Positions 26,546 to 39,895 of a stretch of DNA of 64,000 bases are shown here, piece after piece (the first letter of the stretch is position 1; every line of letters begins with the position of its first letter). The stretch comes from Octopus vulgaris. Taxonomy: Eukaryota. The notes below the pieces were generated by a model. It did not search any database, was not told where the DNA came from, and saw only the letters and a program-made list of their open reading frames with translations. The stretch spans positions 76,570,001 to 76,634,000 of the forward strand of contig OX597828.1 of assembly GCA_951406725.2 (NCBI GenBank), read 5' to 3'. Made by a program: the position numbers and the translations under genes.

Positions 26546-26927
26546 AACGCAAATTAAAGCAGAACGAAATAAATTTGCTTAATTTGCATAAGGTTCCCGG
26601 GGTTGTGAATATGAATAAATTAATTAATATCACTCTGTAGCTTCAGGATGAATGAAGTAAAAACAAAAATTATAGGTGTGTTTGTTTTAATGAATACATA
26701 TTTTTTAGCCATTCTATGAAAAATACTCAGTTCTGTTAAATCACGCTTATTTTTTTCTCTCTGTGGCCAGAAAATGCTATTGATTGAATAAGACCCACCC
26801 CTTCCTACAGCTTCATTAATGATTGGCTGCTCAATTTCCTAGACAGAGATACAATACCAGGTTGCAGAAGTCCACACACAAAAAGTTTCGTTTCTATCTC
26901 CATTTGCTGTCACGTTTTTAAAGTTGT

Positions 26928-26931
<4 letters not shown>

Positions 26932-26996
<65 letters not shown>
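26932..26996. repeat. (CT)n microsatellite
   Basis: Direct reading. Confidence 0.95.
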
Positions 26997-26998
<2 letters not shown>

Positions 26999-27830
26999 GA
27001 GGCCAACTCATGCAATGTTATGCAAATAAGGCAAAGGAATTCATTTCTTTGGTTCAACTAGTGTTTATTGTATATAACCAAGCTAAATTGGCTGTTTACT
27101 AAACGCCCATATTTGTAAATTTATGTTACAACGCTAATTATATTATATTTAATGTTGAATTTGTTGTATTTTACGGCAAGAACCGATAACACGCTTCACT
27201 AAAGATGACCAAGGACCATGTTGTTTTTTCTACAAACATATTTTACATAAAACTAATTGTTTACAACTGCCGGTGTATATACTGTAATGTCTAAAACTAT
27301 AACCATGTTGTGTGTTACGGTACAACACTGAATCGGTATGGCTGTCAATGAGTCACTAATTCAGTTCAGAAAACGAACGAGCTGTAAAGAATGTTTTATG
27401 TATACAAATAGATGTAACCAGTATTCCGGAGTCCTAATTAACGAACGGTTTATGAAGAGTGTCTTCGTCGACATTTATTGCTGTTTTTCGGCCAAGTATC
27501 TAAACGTTTAAATAGTGGTGACTAAACATATATTATACTATGTATAATTTTTATCAAAATAATCGTGACTTACCGCCTGCAATTTGCATCTTCCTATATA
27601 TATATAGGATGAAGTGTTTTTCTCTACAGAAAAAAATTCCATCAAGAAATATATATATATATATATATGCATATATATATATATATATGTATATACATAT
27701 ATATGTGTGTGAGTGGGTGTGCGTGTGTGGTTTGTATTTTCAACTCTTATTTCAAAGTTTCGCGGTTAAAAAACCTTGTTCAGGAAATCTTTAGAGACAT
27801 TCTGCTGTAAGTTGACTCTTCTATTCTCAA

Positions 27831-27867
<37 letters not shown>

Positions 27868-27868
<1 letters not shown>

Positions 27869-28545
27869 GACCAAGCAGTATTCGGTATGTAAAGACCATT
27901 TACGGTATATTTGAAGTATTAATTTATAAAAATTCACTTTACCACACACCGAACTTTTCAGAAATAGCAGCCACAAATTTGGCTATTTCTTCAACTGCAA
28001 ATAAAAGTCTCCAGACAATGTATCGTAAATGGTCTTTACATACCGAATACTGCTTGGTCGAATTTATTAACAATTAATTAATTCTACCCCTTTTTTGATG
28101 ACAATATAATGCTTTCTCTCCAAGAATTTGAACTGCAGTTTTTACCTCTGTAGAAATGTAATGCTCTATGACTCACGTGGGTGGACATGGAGAATAATAG
28201 ATCTCATTCCTATTTTTGGATTCGCTAGTACTGGGTGTCTGGCATGGTTTGTCCGATGTTACAGATATCGGACGGGTATGTTTGATTCTTAGTATTTTCA
28301 AATCTAAATCAGAAGAAATCTCTGAGCTGATGAAAGAAAAGTGGCGTTTTACCCACAAATCCAGAAACAGACTGTCCTCGGGTATCGTATATGGATGTGA
28401 TCTTTCATTGTTTTTTCCTTATACCTATGTGAGTTATTTTCTGAGTATACATTGTCTGGAGACTTTTATTTGCAGTTGAAGAAATAGCCAAATTTTTGGC
28501 TGCTATTTCTGAAAAGTTCGGTGTGTGGTAAAGTGAATTTTTTTA
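27868..28545. mobile_element. Penelope-like pseudo-LTR remnant with nested inverted duplications, flanked by (TA)n
   Basis: Perfect 37-bp IR at 27868-27904/28024-28060, 96-bp IR at 27928-28023/28447-28542 (1 mismatch), and a hammerhead motif at 28322-28381. Confidence 0.7.
28322..28381 (+). ncRNA. Minimal type I hammerhead ribozyme motif
   Basis: CTGAG-CTGATGA-(GTGG..CCAC stem II, base imperfect)-GAAA-CAG a CTG-TC-CTCGG. The core is intact, stem I pairs (one GU), and cleavage is predicted after C28376. Confidence 0.65.
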
Positions 28546-28568
28546 CTTTACCATATTTTTATAAATTT

Positions 28569-28616
<48 letters not shown>

Positions 28617-28618
28617 TG

Positions 28619-28670
<52 letters not shown>

Positions 28671-28680
28671 TGTATGTATG

Positions 28681-28761
<81 letters not shown>

Positions 28762-28811
28762 GTATACATACATACATACAAATATATATATATGTAAACA
28801 TATATATAGGT

Positions 28812-28849
<38 letters not shown>

Positions 28850-29286
28850 GTATTAGGTGATATATGGCAAGCAGATGCTTGTCTTCCAGACACCAACTTC
28901 GCGAATATATTACTCGTTAAAGAGACTCTAGCCGAAAGCCTCAATCCTTAGAAAGCGACATTCATTCATTCGTTAGGTGAACGTAGGCTTGAAGAATGTT
29001 CGTGAGAAACTACAGATGGGAAAGAAACGAGGCCTATACCTTATAGAAATATTATCACTTTTCACTGGAATTATTGTAATTATTATAGATAATTAATTGG
29101 AAATTAATTTTTTAATAGATATCAATTAGCAATTAATTAGAAACCAATTGTTAATTAAAGAAAAAAAGCGCATCAAAATATCCAATACGTAATCAATCTA
29201 GTAATGTATATATTTACGTAGCGCTTTAACTCTCTCTATACCTACCACGATGTTTGTGTTATATATATTATATGATACATATTATA

Positions 29287-29420
<134 letters not shown>

Positions 29421-29494
29421 TTGTATGTATATATACATATATATATATATACATATACAGATACACACACATGTGTGTATGTATATATACATAC

Positions 29495-29525
<31 letters not shown>

Positions 29526-29564
29526 TGTATGTATGTATATATATATATACATATATATACATAC

Positions 29565-29607
<43 letters not shown>

Positions 29608-29815
29608 TCCTCATACATATATGTAATTATATATAGGCATACAACGATATACTGTCACACACATGTATGTATATATAGACACATACTTATATAAACACCC
29701 ACGCAGACAGAAGCATATAATCACACAAACATTTATATACGATTGCTTCTAGGTTGGGTCTGTTACGTTCCTTTCGGAATATTTGTGTGTGTTTGTGCAT
29801 GTGCATGCGTGTGTT

Positions 29816-29863
<48 letters not shown>

Positions 29864-29895
29864 AAGAAGAATTATATAAGAAATTATATAAGAAG

Positions 29896-29951
<56 letters not shown>

Positions 29952-30561
29952 ATATATATATGTGTGTGTATAAACATGTATGCAGGCTGAGAATGGTAGT
30001 GAAAAGGAGATGGAGAAAAGAAAGGATAACGCTTTTGCAATGACGTAATGAAGCAAAATGAGCGAGCAAGAGACAATGTGTGAGGAGGAAAGAGAGAGAG
30101 AGAGGGAGGGAGAGACTGAGAATCTGAAAGAGAGGAAAGAGACAGAGAGAGAGAGACAAAGAAATAAATCAAAATTTCTCAAATAATGAATAGAATCTAT
30201 AAAGCTATGAATCCATGCTAGAATAATCACGTGAGAAGTAATCAGCATAAATGCTTCATGAATGTAAAAACATGGAGCTATATGCGTGTGGAAATGTGTG
30301 CGAGTGTGGGGGGTATATTTACTTGTATACGCAAACATATATATTCTTTTTTGGGACTAATGTTTCTCGAAGCACATCGTGTAGTGCTATAAATAATAAT
30401 ATGTAAATTTGGGGTTGAAAACACCTTTCGGATACATATACTTACAGATTGTTCAGTATAACTGTATGAGATGCGATTTGAGAGGCCTTATTAATAAAAA
30501 ATACATATTATGATGTTGACATATACATATATATATATACATACATACATATATATATATA

Positions 30562-30620
<59 letters not shown>

Positions 30621-30667
30621 ATATATATATATATGTGTATGTATGTATGTATGTATATATATAGACA

Positions 30668-30835
30668 CAAACCCGAAATCACAAAGATAATCTGGAATTC
30701 GACTGAGGAATGAAGACTCCGAATGACCCGTCCTTGTTTTCTTTGTATCGTCTATCTGGGTGTTTTGTTGTCCCCTTTTTTGTATCATCCAACTGTCTGG
30801 ATGTTTTGCGTTCTTGTCCCATTTTGTATTATATA

Positions 30836-30907
<72 letters not shown>

Positions 30908-31525
30908 GCGGCGTACATACACTTTGGTCTCTTACATGTAAATATATATTTATCTAAATCTTGTACGACTTTACTCTTTCTTTCTATCAACCCTTTCGCA
31001 CTTATTCGTTCATTCCACTCTTCGTTCTTTCGTTCCCCCTCTCTCATATTTCCCTGCCTTTTCTTCTTTCTCTTTTTCCCTCCTCATTTCACTACACTAT
31101 GGCACTGTCATTTTTTTCTCGCTCTTCCTTAAATCTTCTGTCCCTCTGCCTCTACCACTCTCTATTCTCTCTCCACGTGACCGGTGTTCGGCCAAACCTC
31201 ATCTTTCTTTCTTGGTTCGGCCGTCGTCCGTGCAACATCTGTATTCATCCCTGTGCCTATAAAATCATGTATCCCTGCCGTAAAGCTTTATTTCCACACA
31301 CGCCAGCTTAATCTAATTCGTCGTTAGTCGAAAGACGCCTATTATTTGTATTTGTATAACATTCTCCATTTTTTCCCGTGCCTGTTTTCGTATACATTCG
31401 CTACTTTCATCCAAGGGATCAAATGCTCTTAGCTTAGTTTTTCCTTGGGGCTGGCCATATTAGAGCAATCTCGAGTATAACCAGCCGAAATTGCAAAGAT
31501 AATCTGGAACTCGACCGAAGAAAGA
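30668..31525 (+). mobile_element. Putative Penelope-like pseudo-LTR in partial tandem, split by (TA)n
   Basis: CCGAAAT..CAAAGATAATCTGGAA.TCGAC.GA.GAA is repeated at ~30673-30710 and ~31485-31522. A degenerate CTGAGGA..CCGAA motif is present, but there is no coding evidence. Confidence 0.4.
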
Positions 31526-32358
31526 ATGACAGTGTCATCAATAGGTACTTTGATTACTTAACCAAATTACTACATTTCAAAACCTCATGATGTTACTGTT
31601 GTTGTGTAGCTCCATGTCAGCAATGTTCCAGAATAGAACTAAGATTAACGATTCCAGCCACTTCGCGGTCCTATAGTCCTTATCAGACACGCCATCTTGG
31701 AAAACATTGCTCTACGTCCGGATTTTATCTGATTGAGTCATCAATCATAAAACTTGAAGCAACGGCACAAGTTATGAATCAAATAAATATAATTTTACTC
31801 TGTATCATGTATTGGGTGCACTCTGCTACTATAAACAACGTGTATGTGATTGTGTGTGTGTATTGTATACGTATAAAGCATTGTGTTTATTTGTGCTTCG
31901 GTTTGAATCGTATGTGTAGACACAACAACCGAATCCGTGTGCGTATGTACGTACGGGTCTGTGGTTCTATTTATGTTTGTATTGTAAGTGTAAACACAGC
32001 CACTACAATGTGTAGTTGCGTATAATTTTGGCAAAACGCAACAACGATATATGTATGTGTGTGTGTGTGTGTGTTTGTTTGTATTTCCTATGACACATAA
32101 CTACTACAATATGTATGTGTATGAGTGTGTTTGTATTTTAAGCGCAGACACAACTACACAATATATTTTATTTTGCGTACAATGGAACAATTTGTTGAAA
32201 GCCATTCGTACAATTGTTCTTTGTAAATGACGAAAATCAAAGTTGGCCTCACCTAAAAGCTTTGGCATAAACAGGCAGAACCACACTCACCGTCGCATAC
32301 ATACACACGCACACGTATGCACACACACACACGATACATACGCACAAACATACCCATA

Positions 32359-32398
<40 letters not shown>

Positions 32399-33296
32399 TA
32401 CAAAAGTGTGCGTATGTATATACGTATATATATATGTATATATACAAGCGCATCTAGTACACATTGTATGTGCGTCTGTGCGTGTGTGTAGATATACATA
32501 CATACATACACTCACACATATACACATGCACACATAGACACCTATTTACCACATTATATGTTCTCTTGTGTGTGTGTTTGTGTATAAATATATATAGGTA
32601 TATTTATACATGCATACATACACATAAGCATTACACACACACACACACACACACATATGCACACATACACGTACACATCCATCCGTAATCACATTAATCT
32701 CCAGCTGAAAAGAGCTGAATTTCAGCCATAGAAGGCAACAAAGCAATACAATGTCAAAACAAACAAGATGGCAGCGGCGGCGGTGAGGGGTGGTAAGAGG
32801 AGGTGGATGTTGTGCAAAGAAACCTTAGTGTTCTATCTAATTAATAGTTCATTACTGTTTAAGTGATCAATTGTGGTTCTTCAAATAACTATTTATTCAT
32901 TGCTAATGGCTTCATTTAGAGGCGTGCACTGTATTACAACGGATAAGACCTATCAGTATTTGTGTTTCGAATCTAGGCCATTGGCTTTGCACTATCATTA
33001 TTATTATTCATTCATTTCTTGGTTTGATTTCTGTCAAGCAAACGCGACCATGCAGCAGCGCTACCTGCAATAGTTTTTTTTTTTTTTTGCAAATCACATC
33101 GGCCCAAGGACTTAATACAGAGTAAATGCTTAACGACAGACAATTATATAGACTGACTGCGTTAACGTTTGAACCAATGGAACATAGAGAGATGCAGCCT
33201 CATATAGACTCGTGCCAGCACACAGTGGGATATACGTGCACACGCTTATATATTTACACCTCTCCTACATGTTAATAAGCTCTTCTAACCTAAAAT

Positions 33297-33475
33297 AGAT
33301 GTGGTTGTTTTAGAACGCCTTACACTGCGGTGAACGTCTCGAGAAATTATTTTGTATAAATGACGAATGCTAAAGTGCATATCTGTACCAGTCAATGATC
33401 TATAGTAATTGTCGTCTACATGAGGTATTTCTCGAGACGTTTACCGCTGTATAAGTCGTTCTAAGCAAACACATC
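33297..33475. repeat. ~50-bp imperfect inverted repeat (MITE-like or fold-back)
   Basis: GATGTG..TTAGAACG.CTTA.AC.GCGGT.AACGTCTCGAGAAAT at 33297-33347 is inverted at 33427-33475. Confidence 0.7.
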
Positions 33476-33496
33476 CAAATTAGATTATATATGTTA

Positions 33497-33538
<42 letters not shown>

Positions 33539-34339
33539 GTGTGTGTTTGTGTATACACACGTGCTTGAAAACTTCCCGTGTACACAGACGGATACCTCCT
33601 GAACTCCCATATGTATATATACATGCATACATAATACATATATACATACATACATGCATACATACACTCGTAAGCAAATATACTCCTGTTTTGTTAAGAA
33701 ACGGTCTTCAGTACCACCTGATATCGACTGTTAATCCCTCCGCCGCAAAGTTTTTTGTACTATTGGCCTGTGTTGAGTATTACCTTGCGAATCTTGCTTG
33801 GTGTCTGTGCATGCCTGCATGTCTGTACATGTGAGTTGTATCCCCTTTTGTCTTGGAACATAGCGGTTCAACAAAGAGGTCTAATACTGTCACTAGACTT
33901 GAAAAGAAAAAAAATAATAACTGAGGCCAACATACTCACAATTCCAGCGTTGCCTCAATAATCAAACTTGTGCAAAACCGACGCAGTGAATAGAATCCCA
34001 TATGATTTGACACGGTTCAAATCTTACCGAGATCAACTTTGGTTTTTGTTTTCTCGAAACCGCTAAATTAACCATCAGCTAAGTTCTGGGGCAAATCTCT
34101 CTTCCTCTTGATGTAAAATATCTGGTAGTTCCATCAGGAGAAGGACGTGGCTACAACAACATGCGAACCCCAAATAATTACTGGTACAAGTGGATAGTAA
34201 GTCAACCTCAATTGGGAATAAAGGTCATAGATTCTAATCAGGTTATTTCAAATAACGTAAGCCAAAGGGTCATGGATCATCGATTTCATGTGTGTGCTTC
34301 TGTACGTGTGTTTATCTGTGTGTATGGGTGTGTATGTTC

Positions 34340-34670
34340 TCATTTTGCAATTTCACTTACATGCTGCAGTCATTGGACAGCAGCCATGCTGGGATAGCAC
34401 TCTGAATGACTTCGTCGTGTATACTGACTGCGCTTCGTTTATTTTTCAGTCTGGTATTTATCCCACCAGGCGCTTACGTCGAGGACGTAACCAAACCCAC
34501 ACTTTATGGTAGGTGGTGGTTTAGGAACAAATACACATATGCGAGGTCCCACACACTATAGGTCTACAAAATTTACTTAACTGGCACTAGTAGGCCAGAG
34601 GCTATTATAAAAGGCACTCGCCTAAGTTGCCACGCAGTGGGACTGAACCCGAAATTACATTGCGCCAGAT
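34340..34670 (-). mobile_element. SINE family 1, decayed
   Basis: GCCACGCAGTGGGACTGAACCC and CAGTCATT..ACAGCAGCCATGCTGG match the reverse complement of 48568-49010. Confidence 0.65.
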
Positions 34671-35261
34671 ACTATTCATACCTACGACTGTATACATACA
34701 TACATACATACATACATACATACATACATACATACATACATACATACATACATACACACACACACGTAGACACACATATACGCATATCTGTGTGTTCATA
34801 TATGGTTTCCGTGACAGAGAAAGTCAGTGAGAGAGAGAAAGAGAGAAAGAGAGAGAGAGAGAAAATGGATGATGCAGAAATGATAGCTTCATATATCGTT
34901 ATTGTAAATGTTGACACTTATCTCTAGAATTCCGGAAGTTATTCAATCTTCAGAAACGGAGAGAATTACAGAAATCTCTATAAAAGATTTATTGCCATCC
35001 ATTCTGAAAACATTACAAAAGATTTTCCTTCTTTCTCGACGTTCAGCCAAAACACGAGGTCAAGAATCAGAGTGAGAGACTTTGGCGTTGATAGGGTTAC
35101 TTCCTTCGTTTCGGTTAAGGTTAGTCAAGTGACTTCTCGTTTAGATGCGATATCTGGACGTTCTCTTCACCAAAAACTGTTTTCACCATCAATTTCTGAC
35201 CCTAAGTTTACATAAACGGAATCGATATGATACAAAGAATAAGACGTCGACGAAAATGATA

Positions 35262-35391
35262 GAAGGAGAAGGAGGAGAAGAAGAAGGAGGAGGAGGAGGA
35301 GGAGGAGGAGAAGAAGAAGAAGAAGAAGAAGAAGAAGAAGAAGAAGAAGAAGAAGAAGAAGAAGAAGAAGAAGAAGAAGAAGAAGAAGAAG

Positions 35392-35423
<32 letters not shown>

Positions 35424-35430
35424 GAGGAGG
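35262..35430. repeat. (GGA)n(GAA)n microsatellite
   Basis: Direct reading; explains the poly-E and poly-F ORFs. Confidence 0.95.
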
Positions 35431-35432
35431 AG

Positions 35433-35575
35433 TGTTTTACTGGTACTCAATTCATCCATCCCAAAAAGATGTAAGCTATAGTCGACCACTGTGGAATTTG
35501 AACTCAGAACGTACAGGCGGACGAAATACCACCAAGCATTTCGTCCAATACGCTAACGATTCTGCCAGCGTTACC
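35433..35575 (-). mobile_element. tRNA-like SINE ((ATT)n-associated family), 3'-truncated
   Basis: Minus strand GCTGGCAGAATCGTTAGC...GGTATTTCGTC...TTCTGAGTTCAAATTCC matches 13029-13232. Confidence 0.75.
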
Positions 35576-35600
35576 AATAGTACTAGTAATAATAATAATG

Positions 35601-35631
<31 letters not shown>

Positions 35632-35632
35632 T

Positions 35633-35684
<52 letters not shown>

Positions 35685-36644
35685 TGGATGCTAAAGCTCA
35701 TGGAAAATCACGAGAGACGAAAGAAGCTTCATTCTATCACAAAGGAAAGCAAAAAATTTGCTATTGATATCGTGCAAGATACCCAAACTGAACAACCCGA
35801 GGGAAGTACGGCAACTATTGTTGCAAAGAAGGTGAAAATGATGGCAATGAAAAAAGCGCACGAGCAATTGGCTGATAGGTGGGAGGAGAAACCTCTGCAC
35901 GGCAAATATGTGACCCGCAGCAAACAAGCTGATGTTGACCAGAAGCAAACCCATCAGTGGCTACGGAGCTCAGGGCTAAAAGCAGAGAGCGAAGGTTTCA
36001 TCCTGGCTGCTCAAGATCAAAGCCTATTAACCCGGAACTACCAGGCCAATGTGATGAAAAATGGAGCAGACCCAAAATGCCGATTCAGCAACGACATGAT
36101 TGAAACAGTGGACCACCTAATTTCCGGATGTAAAGTCTTAGCACCAGTGGAGTATAAATTAAGACATGACAGAGTTGGCCAATATCTCCACTGGCTAATA
36201 AGTCGGCATTACAATATCAAAACTGCCGACAAGTGGTATAATCACCACCCTGAGGCTGTAACTGAAGGAGAAAATGTAACCATTCTGTGGGACTTTCCAG
36301 TACATACAGACCGAACCATCAAGGCCAATAAACCAGATATTGTTGTGAAAGACCAAAACAATAAAGTTTGCTTATTGATCGACATGAGCATCCCCTGTGA
36401 TCATAATATCTCAGCGAAAGAGTTTGACAAGCTCAGAAAATATAAAGACCTACTCATTGAAATTGAGAAAATGTGGCATCTCAAGGCGGTTACAATACCA
36501 GTGATCGTAGGAGCACTAGGAATGATCAAGAAGGGAACCGAAAATTATATGAGAATGATCCCTGGCTTACCATCCCTGCAAGAAGTGCAAAAGATTGTCT
36601 TAACTGGTACATCACACGTATTGAGAAGAGCATTGTCGATGTGA
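35685..36644 (+). CDS. C-terminal ~320 aa of an RLE non-LTR polyprotein (post-RT region, zinc knuckle, restriction-like endonuclease)
   Basis: Uninterrupted frame with KPLHGKY, AESEGFILAAQDQ, CRFS...ETVDHLISGC (second Cys is Ser), RHDRV, NKPDIVV...LIDMSIP, KLRKY and IVGALG. The poly-Ile N-terminus of the listed ORF is only the (AAT)n tract. Confidence 0.88.
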   Translation, partial: WMLKLMENHERRKKLHSITKESKKFAIDIVQDTQTEQPEGSTATIVAKKVKMMAMKKAHEQLADRWEEKPLHGKYVTRSKQADVDQKQTHQWLRSSGLKAESEGFILAAQDQSLLTRNYQANVMKNGADPKCRFSNDMIETVDHLISGCKVLAPVEYKLRHDRVGQYLHWLISRHYNIKTADKWYNHHPEAVTEGENVTILWDFPVHTDRTIKANKPDIVVKDQNNKVCLLIDMSIPCDHNISAKEFDKLRKYKDLLIEIEKMWHLKAVTIPVIVGALGMIKKGTENYMRMIPGLPSLQEVQKIVLTGTSHVLRRALSM

Positions 36645-36812
36645 GAACTGTTGCTGCTCATGTATTTTAATTTAACTTAAAAAAAAAAAAAATGAACGAA
36701 CTACTGAGTTTGGTTTAATGGCCTACCAATGTATACTATGAGTTTCTTTGCCCTAGGAGTCGGGAAGACACTCGGGAAGAAATGGAAGCAAATTTGAAAG
36801 AAGAAAAAAAAG
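35685..36812 (+). mobile_element. R4/Dong-like RLE retrotransposon family B, 5'-truncated, inserted in (AAT)n
   Basis: ORF plus ~170-bp 3' UTR between (AAT)n tracts. The 3' 250 bp is nearly identical to the reverse complement of 62438-62688. Confidence 0.93.
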
Positions 36813-36820
36813 TAATAATC

Positions 36821-36857
<37 letters not shown>

Positions 36858-36912
36858 TGATGATGATAATAATAATACTACTACTAATAATAATAATGAT
36901 TATAATAATAAT

Positions 36913-38600
36913 TCTTTCTTTACTGGCCACCTGGGCGGAGCACAAAACATGGAGGACTATACACAGACGAGAGAGTTAGATTAAACGTGTAAAAAGGCAA
37001 CAAACACAGCGGTTAACAAAGATATTAAATCAACAATATATTTTCCCCAAACGCAGGGGTGGTTTACCGGAAGGTGGCCAAAGAGACCTCACATATTTTG
37101 AACCCCTTAACACCAACGACACCTCAGGAAGGCATCCTCTCTTCCACCTTCTATCCGGCCTACAGGTGGACACATAGAGTAGGCCTATTCACGCGGGCTA
37201 TTCTTGCCACATTTATCCACCTTGCAACACACTTACTGAGTGACAGTATCTCTCTCTCCAGCCTCACTTCACTTTTCAGGCAGATCCTGAAAAATCAATG
37301 AGGTCTTGGCCAAAGAGGAAGGTACCCGTCTTCAACCCTTTCAACCCGTCTTCAACCCGTCTTCAATCGTCTTCAACACTACAAAATCTGTTTTGGCATA
37401 GCCACCAGACAGACAATTATTTCCCTACCTACCCGACCGAAGGAAAAATGCGATTTTCACAATAGACTCGGATGATAGACACGGATCCGTCCTACACGTG
37501 ACAAAACTCCAGAATTCAGCAATGGGCGGACACTGTACGAGAGCATGCAGATCGGTTTCATCGCTTCCCGTGCATTTCAGACACGCCCGATTGACGGCAC
37601 CTCCTTCCCTGTAGAGCTTATCACAAACTTCCAGCGACCCCGCTACAACTGCCATGCCGGAGCTTTCTGGAAGTTATCCATAGTTCCCGGCCCGAAGGTC
37701 CTCCATAAGAGGCCAGGCAGTTGATCCCCCGCGACGCCCAGTACCACTCAGAGTAAGTCGTTACTCTTACCTTCTTCTGATCCTCTATATAATGTCAAGG
37801 TGGAACTTCCACTGACCGCATTGCACGTCTGGCCGAGGGCGCTTAGCACTTCGAGACACTCTAGGTGCCAAGTGCCCTGTCTCAGTCTATGCCTGATACA
37901 GGACTGAGGCTCCGTCAAGGAGACAAGCTGCAGAAAAAGCGCTTTCAACAAACGGCGACCACACCTGCTCACCGTTAAAGTATCACTGTAAATGCCGCAT
38001 CCTCAGCCACGACATCCCCACTTCTCCACGCAATGGTAGCTGACAGCGAATGGACCGTCTCACAAGCGGTACCTGTCCCTTCCACAGGAAACGGAAAAGC
38101 AAACGCACCAGTCCGTTCAGCCACGAAGCAGGACAAGTCAGGTGGTAGTATATGACGGATGCGATTTACGCGTCCGCCACCTCCGTCACCTCCGCCCGAC
38201 CTTTCAAGGTCTGTCGCCTAGCCCCAATTCTTGTCCACTTTCAGATCCGGACTGAACCAGACCCCGAGCAACTTAACAGGTCCTTCTGTCCAGCGCCCCA
38301 CTACGCTGCCGGTTGGCTTAGGCCTGCTCCTCCAGGTACCCGAGCTGCAGTCCCACTGACTTCTGGTTGATCATTGCTGCCACCGCTTCGCATTCCCTTA
38401 GGGTAGTGTCGACCCTCTTGATTTTCGAGATGTCCGAAAATATCATGGTACGTGGTCCGTCTACTCCAACACGAATCTTCTGCATCGCAGTTCACGCGGG
38501 ATGCCCTTCGAAACCTCCAGCTTCCGTAGTAATGGCTCGAATGCCAGTACTTAGAGAAGGGGTGAGAGTGTGCATCCTTGATCGACCGAACGTGCACTAC
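36913..38600 (-). mobile_element. L1/Tx1-like LINE, 5'-truncated and decayed (RT motifs to 3' UTR)
   Basis: Minus strand gives RSVDQGCTLSPLL*VLAFEPLLRKLE (~38590-38515), a degenerate YADD region, and the CCHC motif CLKCTGSDETDLHALVQC. It ends GAAAGA(ATT)n like 13248-14383. Confidence 0.8.
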
Positions 38601-38625
38601 TAAAATATTTCGATACAGTAAAATT

Positions 38626-38717
38626 AAGAGCATCACAACAAACCACAGCACATACCCAAGGCACACAAAGCTGGACCCGGCAGTGCAGTGAAAGCATGTG
38701 ATAAAAATAAGACTAGC

Positions 38718-38720
<3 letters not shown>
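38626..38720 (+). mobile_element. 3' UTR-only fragment of RLE family A
   Basis: AGAGCATCACAACAAACCACAGCACATACCCAAGGCACACA...GTGAAAGCA...ACTAGCG(AAT)n matches the reverse complement of 11952-12045. Confidence 0.85.
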
Positions 38721-38796
<76 letters not shown>

Positions 38797-38866
38797 TATA
38801 ATAATAATAATAATGATGATGATGATGATGATGATGATAATGATGATGACTATAATAATAATAATG

Positions 38867-38967
<101 letters not shown>

Positions 38968-39084
38968 TATAATAATAATATGAGGAATTCTAGTTTTCAC
39001 AAAATTGCTCCAATAGCTTCTCCTTCTAAGAAGGAAACTGGAGATGCAGTTATAAATGAGTGTGTGTATTTGTGCGTGTGAGTT

Positions 39085-39119
<35 letters not shown>

Positions 39120-39289
39120 ATGCTCAAGTTTATATGTAAGTATAGATAATTACAGGTATGCGCTTTTGCAGCAACAAAACGGCTCGTGTTTCTATACCGT
39201 CACCGTTCGTGACTGACCCAAATTTGTGATGGCGTCGTATTGCCGATGTGATTATTGATACTGGCGGCACTCCCTCCGCTCTTTCTTAG

Positions 39290-39411
39290 TCTCCGGGTTC
39301 CGGGTTCAGTCCCCCTGCATGGTACCTTGGGCAAGTGTCTTTTACTATAGCCTCGGGACAACCAAAGCCTTGTCAGTGGATTTGGTTGAAGGAAACTGAA
39401 AAATCCCGTCG

Positions 39412-39446
<35 letters not shown>

Positions 39447-39678
39447 GTATATGTATGTGTGTGTATATGTTTGTGTGTCTGTGTTTGTCCTCCCAACATC
39501 ACTTGACAACCGATGCTTGTGTGTTTACGTCCCCTTAACTTAGCGGATCGACAAAAGGGGGCGATAGAATAAGTATTAGGCTTACAAAAAATAAGTCCTG
39601 GAGTCGATTTGCTCGACTAAAAAGCGCTGCCCCAGCATGACCACAGTCAAATGACTAAAACAAGTAAAAGAGTAAGAG
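39290..39678 (+). mobile_element. SINE family 1 with an internal (TA)n/(TG)n tract
   Basis: Colinear with ~48610-49010. Confidence 0.88.
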
Positions 39679-39682
39679 TATG

Positions 39683-39895
39683 AGGTGTTTTACTGGCAGA
39701 ATGGTTAACACGTCTGAGAAAATGTATTTCGCCTGTCATTTAGTTCTGAGTTTACTGTCATTTAGTTCTGAGCCGGTGTCAGCTTTGCCTTTCAGCCTTT
39801 AGAGTCAATAAAATAAACGCCAGTCTCGTGCCGTCGGCGACGTAATTGAGTGACCCGTTTCCACCAACTCTGCGGTTCTTTTGACTGGAGTAAGA
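39683..39895 (+). mobile_element. Decayed SINE of the 13029 family, in tandem after the family-1 SINE
   Basis: CTGGCAGAATGGTTA..GTATTTCG..TTCTGAG..CTTTGCCTTTCA, with a short internal duplication. Confidence 0.6.
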
